NCBI GenBank assembly: GCA_000002435.2
Contig: CM018793.1
Source of the DNA: Giardia intestinalis
Taxonomy: Eukaryota
Direction: 5' to 3' (one strand)
DNA: 64,000 bases
Below are positions 28,665 through 37,860 of the stretch, piece by piece (the stretch's first letter is position 1; each line of letters starts with the position of its first letter). The translations under genes and the position numbers were made by a program. Below the pieces are notes generated by a model. That model was not told where the DNA came from. It made no database searches and saw nothing but the letters and a program-made list of their open reading frames with translations.

Positions 28665-29219
28665 ATGGTAGGCCCATTTGACAGTCTTGCAGATGCATTA
28701 ATACGACAGATGAACCTCCAGTTGGAGGACATGCGGCACAATGGAGAATACTCTCTCCTTCTAAGGATCATTCGGGGCCAGACCTCATTAACAGACAGAG
28801 TTGCCAAGAACCAAGAAGCACTATCTGTTGCCCGGAAGAAAGCAGGGGCAATTTTGACTGTATCACGACCTAAGCCACAAACTGACCCTGGATTTATTCA
28901 GAGAACGCAAAAAGCCCTTGAAGAAACACAGGACGCTATCCAGGAGACTCAGCGAAATATAGAGCGTCTCGAAGCCCAGCTAAAAGATGTTACTGCCAAG
29001 ACTGCAAACAAGGATGAATTACGACGTGCTGCATTGACTCTAGCAGACAGAGAAAATGCGGGTAGGGAGGAGCTCGTTGAACTTTATCACAGCATATCGG
29101 GAGTACACTGGGATCAGCCCGACTTGGGATATGTGCTTAGCGAGGAGATTGCAAAACCCATCCGTTTCAGCTCCTGTGTCGATGCCACCAACCAGCTCTG
29201 GGAAATGATTAACATGTAG
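28665..29219 (+). CDS. small coiled-coil + C-terminal globular protein (hypothetical; Spc24/Spc25-like architecture is speculative)
   Basis: The ATG is at 28665. Residues 60-130 are heptad-rich ('TQKALEETQDAIQETQRNIERLEAQLKDV') and are followed by a compact C-terminal domain. The gene is convergent with the helicase gene. Confidence 0.5.
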   Translation: MVGPFDSLADALIRQMNLQLEDMRHNGEYSLLLRIIRGQTSLTDRVAKNQEALSVARKKAGAILTVSRPKPQTDPGFIQRTQKALEETQDAIQETQRNIERLEAQLKDVTAKTANKDELRRAALTLADRENAGREELVELYHSISGVHWDQPDLGYVLSEEIAKPIRFSSCVDATNQLWEMINM

Positions 29220-29250
29220 TGACTACATTCACTTCTTACTATGGCTCCGG

Positions 29251-31101
29251 TCATCTTGCCTTTTTCCATCTACTATCTTTGGTAGGAATGCGTACGGGTT
29301 CTGCTAGTTTCCCTTTGCCACGCCCCTTTCCGATTCCTCTGCGAGGCATCATGGGCTTTCTCACTGGGCCCAGCCCTTGTTTCATTGCCCTTGCTGCCCG
29401 TGCATCCGCTCTTCGCATCCGCTCTGTCTTGTGTGACCCGATTGCAAAACTTCCCTGGTAAGTAGAGCGTATTCCCTCTGCATTGGGAAGTAAATAAGAG
29501 GGGACGAATTTCAGGTGCATTGTCATCTGACGTTGTCTTTCTATGAGGGGGTTCGTTTTGATCCGTTTAATCAGGGCCATATCTTTGCTCTGCTGGCTGA
29601 AGTACTTTCGTAAGGAATCTGAAGCCAAAATCTCTGCCTTTATCTCAGAAAGCCGATATTCCTTAATGGCGGAGGGTGTTAGTCCATGCAGCACATCCAC
29701 AACACGGTAGCGGAAGCTCTCCAGGGCTTGGATATTGAACTGAAATGGTGCGAGGAGCTCTTTTCCAAACTCTTCGCGCTGCGCCCGCAATACGTCAAGG
29801 ACGACATCACGATTATCCTTACTATCTTCATGGATAATAGTTATAGCGTGCCCGCAAGGATTGGCGCCACGCGCTGTGCGGCCTATTCTATGGATATAGT
29901 TTATGCTAGACACTGGGCAGTCGAAGTTTAGCACTACATCGACTCTCGTGAAGTCCAGCCCTCTGAAAATTCCGGCCTCCTTTGAGGCTGATGGCGCTGA
30001 TGCTTGCTTCTCTGCTGGGGTGCTAGGGTCATGCTCGGCAGCTTTTGTTGCCATGCTCGAACTATCTGCCTCTTGCACACCTTCAGTTTCCTTATTATCA
30101 GAAGCTTTAGTACCATCTTTGGTATCACTTTTGGTATCATCCTTGGCACTATCCCTGATACTGTCATCAACCGCAATAAGAACATACTCTGCTCCAAGGT
30201 TGTAGCCTTCAATGACTGCTTGCCGAGTCGAGACAGGAAGCTCTGGATTATAAAGAAATGCCTTCTGGCCGAATCGGTACAAGAACAATTTAAGCTTGTA
30301 CGCTGTAGTGACAGAGTTGACAAAGATCACAATGTATCCGCGAAGAATTTGCAGCTTGACAAGGGCATATATTAGCATGTATTTTTTCTCTGTTGTGTCT
30401 AGAGATATTAGATGTTGGACTGGCTGTGTAAGGAGCTTTTGCTCCGTCTCCTCTAGCTTGATAAGCTTTGGCGATCGTAAATGTAGATTGACTATGTTCT
30501 CCAGTTTTTGGTCAAGGGTTGCTGAAAGAAAGAACTTCTGAGCTGACGCGGGCAAATATTCGAGGAGAGCCTCTAGATCGGGACCGTAGTCCATGTCAAA
30601 GATCAAGTCTGCCTCATCGCATACAAACTGGACGATGTTCTTGAGAGAGATCTTGCTGTCTTTGATAAGGTTCATAACCAAAGATGGAGTGGAGATGAGG
30701 ATCTCTGGCATAGACCGCAGAGTAATTGCTTCTGCAGAAGAATTTTCTCCAAGATAAATCGCTGCGCAGGTGACAGTAAATGCGTTGCTTGAAAACTCCT
30801 TTATTATGGCAAGTAGGACCTCCTCGAGCTGGCGACAGAGCTCACGTGTGGGGACCACTATGAGGGCCGTTATGGCGGCCATTGGCTTAACACTCCTAGA
30901 GCGCCCCTGAAGAATGCGATGAAGAATGGCGGTGAGATATATGACAGTCTTCCCGCTACCCGTAAAACTCTGGCAGAGGATATCATTGTGTGCTAAGGCC
31001 TCGGGTATTGCAAGTTTTTGTATAGGTAGTGCCTCATATAAGCCAAGGTTTCGCAGTGCATCGCAGAGTCTAGGATCAATACCGAAGCTCTCCCAATCCA
31101 T
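29251..31101 (-). CDS. ATP-dependent DEAD-box RNA helicase
   Basis: Q-motif region 'ALPIQKLAIPEAL'; motif I 'TGSGKTVIYL'; Ia 'VVPTRELCRQ'; II 'VCDEADLIFD' (DEAD); III 'SATL'; VI 'HRIGRTARG'. A K/R-rich C-terminal tail suggests a ribosome-biogenesis-type helicase. An acidic Ser-rich insertion lies in the C-terminal RecA domain. Confidence 0.85.
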   Translation of the reverse strand: MDWESFGIDPRLCDALRNLGLYEALPIQKLAIPEALAHNDILCQSFTGSGKTVIYLTAILHRILQGRSRSVKPMAAITALIVVPTRELCRQLEEVLLAIIKEFSSNAFTVTCAAIYLGENSSAEAITLRSMPEILISTPSLVMNLIKDSKISLKNIVQFVCDEADLIFDMDYGPDLEALLEYLPASAQKFFLSATLDQKLENIVNLHLRSPKLIKLEETEQKLLTQPVQHLISLDTTEKKYMLIYALVKLQILRGYIVIFVNSVTTAYKLKLFLYRFGQKAFLYNPELPVSTRQAVIEGYNLGAEYVLIAVDDSIRDSAKDDTKSDTKDGTKASDNKETEGVQEADSSSMATKAAEHDPSTPAEKQASAPSASKEAGIFRGLDFTRVDVVLNFDCPVSSINYIHRIGRTARGANPCGHAITIIHEDSKDNRDVVLDVLRAQREEFGKELLAPFQFNIQALESFRYRVVDVLHGLTPSAIKEYRLSEIKAEILASDSLRKYFSQQSKDMALIKRIKTNPLIERQRQMTMHLKFVPSYLLPNAEGIRSTYQGSFAIGSHKTERMRRADARAARAMKQGLGPVRKPMMPRRGIGKGRGKGKLAEPVRIPTKDSRWKKAR

Positions 31102-31383
31102 TTTTTAAATTTCAATTATTACAAACTCATACTCATTAGAAAGCTTCTGAATGTAGGAGTCTGCGCTTTCTCCGGCCAATATATTTATGTTCCGCCAGTC
31201 TAAAAAGCAGCTCGCATGCAGTTTCTGATGGATAGGATGTGGCTTTCTGTGATCGGGGCCACAGAATCGAAACGACAATCAAGAGTGTCATACAGTATTA
31301 CCATTCGCTCATCATTATGTTGGATTAATTGGCCTGTAGAGAAGCATTATCACGAATGAATCACCTTGCTTCATCATTTGGAA

Positions 31384-33771
31384 TTACTTTACAGGGCCAC
31401 TTGCATCATCCTTGTTGCTCATTTTCTTTTCAAAAAGTGCATATAAATTGCTTATGCTTTCAATCTGTTTCATCAATATAGAATTTCTAATAAGAATGTT
31501 ATCATATCTTGATAACTCGGCTGTAAGCTTATTAAAGACCATCACATCCTCTGGTATTAGTGGATCCGGTGATATCAGTGAAGCAGATTTATCGGCGGTC
31601 TCTGCCTCTACCTCCAGGGTGTCATGTAAAAGAGCTACAGAACCAGTGGCTCTTGAGCAGTTTTCAGCGTTCTGGATCGTATCCTTTGGCGGCTTCCTGC
31701 ACAGCTGATAGCTAGATTTGCATGGCTTACAGCAGCACATAAAGCACCTGACACACAGTGGGCAAAGCCTCACAAAAAGGGGGACAAAAATGATGAGTAG
31801 GATGATTGACATGATAAGCAAAAGAATTCGCCCAACCCTCGTCGTAAAAAACAGCCTTACAATTTCAAAGAAGCCCTTCCCCTTCAGCTTTTCAAAGAAC
31901 TCTATTACGTCCCGGAAAACTGTGTTTTTCCACGACGGAACTTCAGGATCAGCAAAAACAAAGTCGTCGAGACACATGTAAAGCTTGTTATCTTCACGCG
32001 TTTCATAGCGTGTTGCTCCCTCTGGGCAGACGCATGGAACTGCCAAAATGTTGGTGCTATTATTTTTCTTTCCCTTTCCACAATCTACAGAAATATTAGT
32101 AAATGGTATGTACTGAGGGATGAAGAGATCGTCTGCGCTTACCCCATCTTCCGCTGCCTTCTCCTCTGTGGATATGCACACGCCTCTTATGGACGAGAAG
32201 TATGGACGAGAATGTCCATACTTAGCTAGGCAGTCGACCGGCCTGCATGACGGAATATCACCCATTTCCATGGTCTGATCACATGAGCAGGCGACTAGGC
32301 ATACAAGGGTGGATGTTTGTGGAGCTGTAAATCGTATGTCTGGGTCTACACACTGTACAGGAGAGTCTATCCTCACGTAGGTTCCTGGCGCATATCCAGA
32401 TACTGTCCCTAGCCAAGAGATAGTGGCTTCGCTAGTAGCCGCCTGGGACTCGCTTTCGGGCCCCGCGGCTTGGAGAAATTGTATACTACACCTTCCTGGG
32501 CTCAAAGCAAGAGATTCGGCAACGATGACATTTGCCGGGCTCGTCAGCAAAAAGCTGTAGATGGCTGTCTTATCCACGTCAATGAAGTGCTTGATAGGCT
32601 TTCCTGTATAAGTAAAGGACCCAACGATTGGAGAGCTCGAAATGCACCGAAGAAGCTTGACTGTCACTACTCCCGGCATCATGCCTTCGTTCCCAACTGT
32701 AATGTTCAAGATGGCCTGCCTGCGGACGAGACTCACTACCGATTGAAGCACAACCGGCTTGCCTATGAGTTGTGTGAGCGTGACACTGTCTGCTGAAATG
32801 TGTAGACTAAATGCCAATAGAAGAATATCATCGCTGCATGCATACTTTACGGTTTGTGCTGAATCGCCACTCATGTTACACCCCTCTACACAGTTGCAAT
32901 TGCTTGGCAAATAAGGTGAATCATCCCTGTAGTTTAGTAGCTGATCGGCAGGAAACACGTCAGGGGTTGGCGGACTGCCTATGAATGTCAGCTCATTCGT
33001 CCTGGTGCTAGAGTCTGAAGCTATAACGGCTCTCTTCCAGACGCTCGGGAGCATGCCCAGTAAGTTTGTGCCACCAAACCCGACAACATCAAAAGGCACT
33101 GCCATGCTATTGAGCACTCCCTCGTTTTCCCTGTGTATCACGTAGCAGCCAAAGCAGAACATGTTATTTGTGGAGCCTGTGGAAACAACCACGGTCTGCA
33201 TGTATGAATTTCCATCTATGACAGGTCCCTTCTTGTTGTGCTCGTTGAAGATGACGTCATACTTGTTAACCGTTCCGTCTTCCTCCTCAATGGTTATGAC
33301 AGCAGTCACTGTGTATGATAAACGTGGGAGACCTGGCTTCCACACTTTGTGTGGGTCGACCTGCTGCAGTTTGCGAACCTTGTTCCCATAGGGCGTTCTT
33401 TTGCAGTGGCCGATATTTGTATCCGTGAAGTCTGGGCATCGAAGGGTAGTGATTTCTAAGGTCTCTGCAGCATTATACGCATCGAAGCGCTTGGCATAAT
33501 CTATGACTGCGCGCGCTTCCATCTTGATGAGGACCTTCACCAGGGACTTAAGCTCCCATCGACTGACAACGTGCCCATCCTTATCGACGATCTGGTAAAT
33601 CTTAGACGTGGTATAGGAAAGCTGCTTGTCGTAAGCATCTGACTTAATCTCGCCATAGATGGAGACGTACTGCTTTCCGTCAGACGTTATGATCTCACTA
33701 TTGATGCCTTGAGTCGGCTCGGTAGCAAGCGCTGACCACAAGCAAACAGCCCAAATGCACGATCTAATCAT
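31384..33771 (-). CDS. type-I membrane glycoprotein with Cys-rich membrane-proximal region and poly-Cys/basic cytoplasmic juxtamembrane segment (hypothetical)
   Basis: Signal peptide 'MIRSCIWAVCLWSALA'. The ectodomain is ~640 aa with many N-x-S/T sites. There is a single TM 'ILLLIMSIILLIIFVPLFV', followed by 'RLCPLCVRCFMCCCKPCK' and a ~110 aa tail. Confidence 0.65.
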   Translation of the reverse strand: MIRSCIWAVCLWSALATEPTQGINSEIITSDGKQYVSIYGEIKSDAYDKQLSYTTSKIYQIVDKDGHVVSRWELKSLVKVLIKMEARAVIDYAKRFDAYNAAETLEITTLRCPDFTDTNIGHCKRTPYGNKVRKLQQVDPHKVWKPGLPRLSYTVTAVITIEEEDGTVNKYDVIFNEHNKKGPVIDGNSYMQTVVVSTGSTNNMFCFGCYVIHRENEGVLNSMAVPFDVVGFGGTNLLGMLPSVWKRAVIASDSSTRTNELTFIGSPPTPDVFPADQLLNYRDDSPYLPSNCNCVEGCNMSGDSAQTVKYACSDDILLLAFSLHISADSVTLTQLIGKPVVLQSVVSLVRRQAILNITVGNEGMMPGVVTVKLLRCISSSPIVGSFTYTGKPIKHFIDVDKTAIYSFLLTSPANVIVAESLALSPGRCSIQFLQAAGPESESQAATSEATISWLGTVSGYAPGTYVRIDSPVQCVDPDIRFTAPQTSTLVCLVACSCDQTMEMGDIPSCRPVDCLAKYGHSRPYFSSIRGVCISTEEKAAEDGVSADDLFIPQYIPFTNISVDCGKGKKNNSTNILAVPCVCPEGATRYETREDNKLYMCLDDFVFADPEVPSWKNTVFRDVIEFFEKLKGKGFFEIVRLFFTTRVGRILLLIMSIILLIIFVPLFVRLCPLCVRCFMCCCKPCKSSYQLCRKPPKDTIQNAENCSRATGSVALLHDTLEVEAETADKSASLISPDPLIPEDVMVFNKLTAELSRYDNILIRNSILMKQIESISNLYALFEKKMSNKDDASGPVK

Positions 33772-34051
33772 ATAGTAACTATTTGCAGATCCACACGCTC
33801 ACCCGTCCATAGCGGTTCGTTTCCGGATTGCTCGTTTCCAGTTGTAAATTAATTTAAAGTGAATTCTTCTCAAGTTTTTACGCGGTGTCGAGAATGATGA
33901 GACGTGTTCCTCTCTCCTACAGACTCCCTGGGGATGCTATGTACACCTTACTGATTTACTTTCCTTTTCTCAAGGGCCATTGTGTCGTGCCATTGTGTTT
34001 TTGCGGGGCTTAGTGGTTCCCAGTGCAGTCGCCCGGATCCGGCAGGACCTA

Positions 34052-35251
34052 CTACTCTCTATCATCGTGCTTGAACCCAAACTCAGAGAGAGCAATCTCG
34101 AGAGCCTTGATCCCTTCGATGTATTCTTTCACTGCCTCGGAGTCAAGGAAGTAGCGGCGGGGGGTCATGACCTCCGTTGCGAGGATTTCTGCGGTGGCAG
34201 TCGCGCTGCGTGTGTCGTATTCTTTGCCGCGCAGAAGTTCGTCGCGCCTCATAGTGAAGAATTTGATGATGTTCGTGGCCTTGTAGAGGGCCAGCTTGTA
34301 CTCACTGGTGCCACTGTTGGTCCCGTGCTTGGCGGGGAGTGATTGCATACTTGTAGACCCATCGACACCGTCTACCTGCTCAAGAACAGCTCCGAGCCCG
34401 GTGCTTTGCTGAAGTTTCTGGGTTGTTTCTTGTATCAAGCTCCGAATTCCTGTGTGTGCAGCGCGTATTATCTGTGTCTTATCGTGCAAATCTCGAGATT
34501 GCTCGATTTTAAAACGCTCTATGTTGTCCAAGAGATCAGCCTCTCTTTCGTTAAGGATCTTCCGGAGGCGCTCAAAGCCTTCTCGAGTGCGGGATCGGAC
34601 AAGCTCAACGCTCTCGTTAAGCTCATCTGTAGACACTTTTAGGCTTTCGAGGGCCTGCTCCAAGTCAGAGCTCTTCTGCTGAAGAAGATCGAGGGCAGAA
34701 GACATTTCCAAGCGAACCACGGACAGCCCCTTGGCGACACTCTGAACAATGTGGTCCGGCCCAGGTGGATGGGAGCCGCTGACAATGCAATAAATACAGC
34801 ACAGCTCTTGGCACGTGGCGCAAATGTGCGTCGTCACTTCTGCTTCATGGTACTTGCACATGACAGGAGGCATGTAGTCCAATGCACTGACGCGCTCATG
34901 CCTTACAAAGAGTTTGTTATGGTGGATATTAGCTTCGCATCGACTACAAAGCCAGCCTTGGCAGTTCAAGCAGAACACGGATGCCCCTGCCTCTTGACAG
35001 CTGTCGCAGAGGTGCTGCTTTCCCACAGACCTCTGTGATGTTGCGCCAGATATTAAATTACCAAAGCCCGATGCTGAAATATGCGGTTCAGCAAGATCCT
35101 CGGGCATTTTTGCCTTGGATGCCACGCGCTTCTGGGTCGGTCTGGGCGGCGAACCCTTAGTCTGCGCAAGGGGCATGATGCTCTCATAGCTTTCAGAGTG
35201 GCTTCCAGGAGACTGCCGATCAACAGACGAACGCGTCCTCGCGGCTTGCAT
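34052..35251 (-). CDS. tandem B-box zinc-finger / coiled-coil protein (TRIM-like, no RING)
   Basis: B-box 1 is 'CDSCQEAGASVFCLNCQGWLCSRCEANIHHNKLFVRHERV' and B-box 2 is 'CKYHEAEVTTHICATCQELCCIYCIVSGSHPPGPDH'. These are followed by a ~150 aa heptad coiled coil. Confidence 0.7.
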   Translation of the reverse strand: MQAARTRSSVDRQSPGSHSESYESIMPLAQTKGSPPRPTQKRVASKAKMPEDLAEPHISASGFGNLISGATSQRSVGKQHLCDSCQEAGASVFCLNCQGWLCSRCEANIHHNKLFVRHERVSALDYMPPVMCKYHEAEVTTHICATCQELCCIYCIVSGSHPPGPDHIVQSVAKGLSVVRLEMSSALDLLQQKSSDLEQALESLKVSTDELNESVELVRSRTREGFERLRKILNEREADLLDNIERFKIEQSRDLHDKTQIIRAAHTGIRSLIQETTQKLQQSTGLGAVLEQVDGVDGSTSMQSLPAKHGTNSGTSEYKLALYKATNIIKFFTMRRDELLRGKEYDTRSATATAEILATEVMTPRRYFLDSEAVKEYIEGIKALEIALSEFGFKHDDRE

Positions 35252-35285
35252 TAAAATTCAAAATTCTTGGTTAAATGAAGTTAGA

Positions 35286-35672
35286 ATGAAGTTTGTACCT
35301 CATGAACGAGGCGGCCTGGGGCCAGATCTAGACCGTGAATGCACACGTGAAGCTCGCGAGAAGCGGACAAAACAACAGGAGTATGCAAGGCGTCTCCGCG
35401 AAACGATCCAGGATCTTCCCAAGCGGGTGGAGAAGCCTCCACGCAAAACGGAGGCCGAGTTGAAACGCGAGAGGCAGCAGGAGTATGCGAAGAACATACC
35501 AAGACCAGCTGTACGTCCTCAAACTGACAGAGAAACCATTTCCCTCCCTCCTCTTAGAAAGTCTACAACACAGGAAGAGAGGCCCATTGTAAAGCTGATG
35601 GACATGCTTGAGCAGCACGACAAGATGCTGAAAGAGTGCGCAGAAATCTACGCATACTTCGGCCTGCAGTGA
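35286..35672 (+). CDS. small highly charged (K/R/E-rich) protein, hypothetical
   Basis: The 128 aa ORF exactly fills the 35252-35689 gap between two minus-strand genes. The ATG at 35286 is preceded by 'aatgaagttagaATG'. Composition resembles nuclear or ribosome-associated basic proteins. There is no homology evidence. Confidence 0.4.
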   Translation: MKFVPHERGGLGPDLDRECTREAREKRTKQQEYARRLRETIQDLPKRVEKPPRKTEAELKRERQQEYAKNIPRPAVRPQTDRETISLPPLRKSTTQEERPIVKLMDMLEQHDKMLKECAEIYAYFGLQ

Positions 35673-35689
35673 GGCTACAGCTCGGTCAA

Positions 35690-37537
35690 CTAGGGCTCCA
35701 TTATATACCCTTTAGTGTACGTCATTGTGAGAACTATAATCCCGCAAATCAATACTGTTGCAGCAATACTCGCAGAAATAAGTCCACTTTCAAAGTAACT
35801 TTCTTTTATAAATATGTATTGATACTCCTTGTGAATATCCGCAGCGGGCGCTCCAGAGTCAGTGGGGCGGAAGGAAGTCTCGGCATATACGCCGGTACCG
35901 TTTTTGTAAGCTTCCAGGACACTTTTCAGCTTGCTAGAACAGCTTCCTGTCACGTAGTACTCGATATCCTGCTTAGGAACGTTTTCAGACGAGTATACTC
36001 CCCGCTGATACATTGTATCGCAAGTAAATACTAGTTCTTTGCCCCTCTTGTACTCTGTCTCCCCAGACATTCGCACAAAAAGCCTTTCCAAAGTGATTGC
36101 TGAAATGCTAGTGCCAGAGTGGATGTAGATGTCTAAAGTAACTTCTGTCATGCCCTCAGCAACGGGGCATTCCGCCGGGGATCTTCCGATGGGTCGTAAT
36201 ATGGCCAAATTAGTTGCCACGACAAGGGTAGCCCTGGAAAAGCATGTTCGCTGAACACTCCCAGGATAGGGAATAATGGTCTCGGGAAGAGCTTTTCCTG
36301 AAAAGTACTGTAAGGTGAATGAACCTGTCAACGACAGATTGCCAGCCAGCAGCCTATTCATATCTCTGAGGCATGTAACAGTGGTGCATGGAAGGAACTG
36401 CTTTGTCCGTTTGAATGTAAAGTTTGAATTTTCGAGGGATATCCTAATAGTAGGTGCAAGTAACGAGGTGTCCTGTGCAGTTGTAAGCTCTCCGCAGACG
36501 ATGATTTTATGGTAGTCTATTAGGTCGTTGCAGATTGAAGCGGAATCACGTTCAAGAAGCACAGCGAGGACCCCAAAGTAGACCTGCACTATAACAGACT
36601 TATAGCACTTAGAGTACCCTGCGCTGGCCTTGACAGCAGAGACAATCCCTGCTTGAGCAACTGTGCTTGGGGTCACCACTTCTACCTGAGGATCTGAAGA
36701 TGAGACCGCTGTGGGGGTCTTCGACTTTGTCGTACCAGGAATGGGCACATAGACAATCAAGGTTGCAGACCACGCTGTCTCCACCTTGAGGATATCAATA
36801 AGCTCTATGCATCTATCGTATTTGTTTGAATTAGTAAGCCAGTCGTTACCAGGGTAGCGAACCCCGTTGCATGAGTAGCAAAATTGAGTTACTAAATTAT
36901 GGGTATACGGTCTGATAAAGTTGGGTAGTTGAGCATTTGTGCCATGGGATGATAATGTTATGTTTAGATAAGCATCCGGTAGTGTATCCAGATGAATCAA
37001 CATGAAGGCCTCATAAGTATTCTGCAAATTAGTGTCCTTGGGCAGGTCGCAGTCCGAAGGAGTCACTAAAAAGCATATCTCCTTATTGAAATAATCCACC
37101 GAGACCCTAGGATCCGTCCAGCAAGCAGAGTTATTCGTGAGAGTGTAGTAGACATTGGTTGTTACTAACGAGACCTTCGAGCTAGCGTAGTTGAGTTCCA
37201 CCTGGACCACTGTAGACCCAGTGAGATTTGTCTGGCAATCTGAAGTGGCTGTTTTATCTGTTGGACAGGTAAATGTTAGTAAGTTAGGCTGCTCCATACT
37301 CCAAAACGGAACACTTATCGATGAAAATGTGTACGACCCTACCATGGCAGTGGCCGTCATCCCTGTTGTGCCCTGGAGGATGGAGCAGTCGGCGGTCTGG
37401 TGATTTAGTGGCAGCGGCCAGACTGTAATTGCTAATGAATGCTTGTTAAGCAAAATATTAACGGTGGTGTTGGGGGAAAAGCAGCTTAGAGCACTTATGG
37501 TGGCAAACAGGCCCTTTAAAGCCAAGAAGATGAGCAT
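35690..37537 (-). CDS. type-I membrane glycoprotein (hypothetical, 615 aa)
   Basis: N-terminal hydrophobic signal 'MLIFLALKGLFATISALS', a ~560 aa ectodomain with many NxS/T sites, a C-terminal TM 'ISASIAATVLICGIIVLTM' and an 8 aa tail. Confidence 0.6.
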   Translation of the reverse strand: MLIFLALKGLFATISALSCFSPNTTVNILLNKHSLAITVWPLPLNHQTADCSILQGTTGMTATAMVGSYTFSSISVPFWSMEQPNLLTFTCPTDKTATSDCQTNLTGSTVVQVELNYASSKVSLVTTNVYYTLTNNSACWTDPRVSVDYFNKEICFLVTPSDCDLPKDTNLQNTYEAFMLIHLDTLPDAYLNITLSSHGTNAQLPNFIRPYTHNLVTQFCYSCNGVRYPGNDWLTNSNKYDRCIELIDILKVETAWSATLIVYVPIPGTTKSKTPTAVSSSDPQVEVVTPSTVAQAGIVSAVKASAGYSKCYKSVIVQVYFGVLAVLLERDSASICNDLIDYHKIIVCGELTTAQDTSLLAPTIRISLENSNFTFKRTKQFLPCTTVTCLRDMNRLLAGNLSLTGSFTLQYFSGKALPETIIPYPGSVQRTCFSRATLVVATNLAILRPIGRSPAECPVAEGMTEVTLDIYIHSGTSISAITLERLFVRMSGETEYKRGKELVFTCDTMYQRGVYSSENVPKQDIEYYVTGSCSSKLKSVLEAYKNGTGVYAETSFRPTDSGAPAADIHKEYQYIFIKESYFESGLISASIAATVLICGIIVLTMTYTKGYIMEP

Positions 37538-37860
37538 AAGAGGGGTTTTTTGAAATCACTTATGCCAAGTAAACGGTCTCCGGAGGAGTGGAAGCAAACA
37601 GATTGATGCGTTGCTCTACAAGGCAGGCACTTCTGTGGTACTTTTGTAGCGGCACTTAAGGCCACATTCCTCGGCTATTGCCTGCTACTTTTTGGAAAAA
37701 ATCATTATCCCCTCCCCTCAGTCATCTGGGCACACGCACCTCAGAGCAACATGAAGAAAGCGAAATACTAGGAACGCCATTCAACATGCAATTAGGTATT
37801 TTAAAAACCTTATCGAAATTAAATTAAAATTTGGGAATACAAAGCCAAATCGCAAAAGCC

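Noticed and set aside
29219-29461. 80 aa plus ORF overlapping the DEAD-box helicase C-terminus (and 29686-30541 antisense ORFs)
   Set aside because: They are antisense to a gene with complete helicase motifs I-VI.
37566-37575. AGTAAAC motif on the plus strand at ~37569 upstream of glycogen phosphorylase
   Set aside because: No plus-strand gene ends nearby, since the adjacent gene is on the minus strand and starts here. A 7-mer is expected by chance several times in 64 kb.
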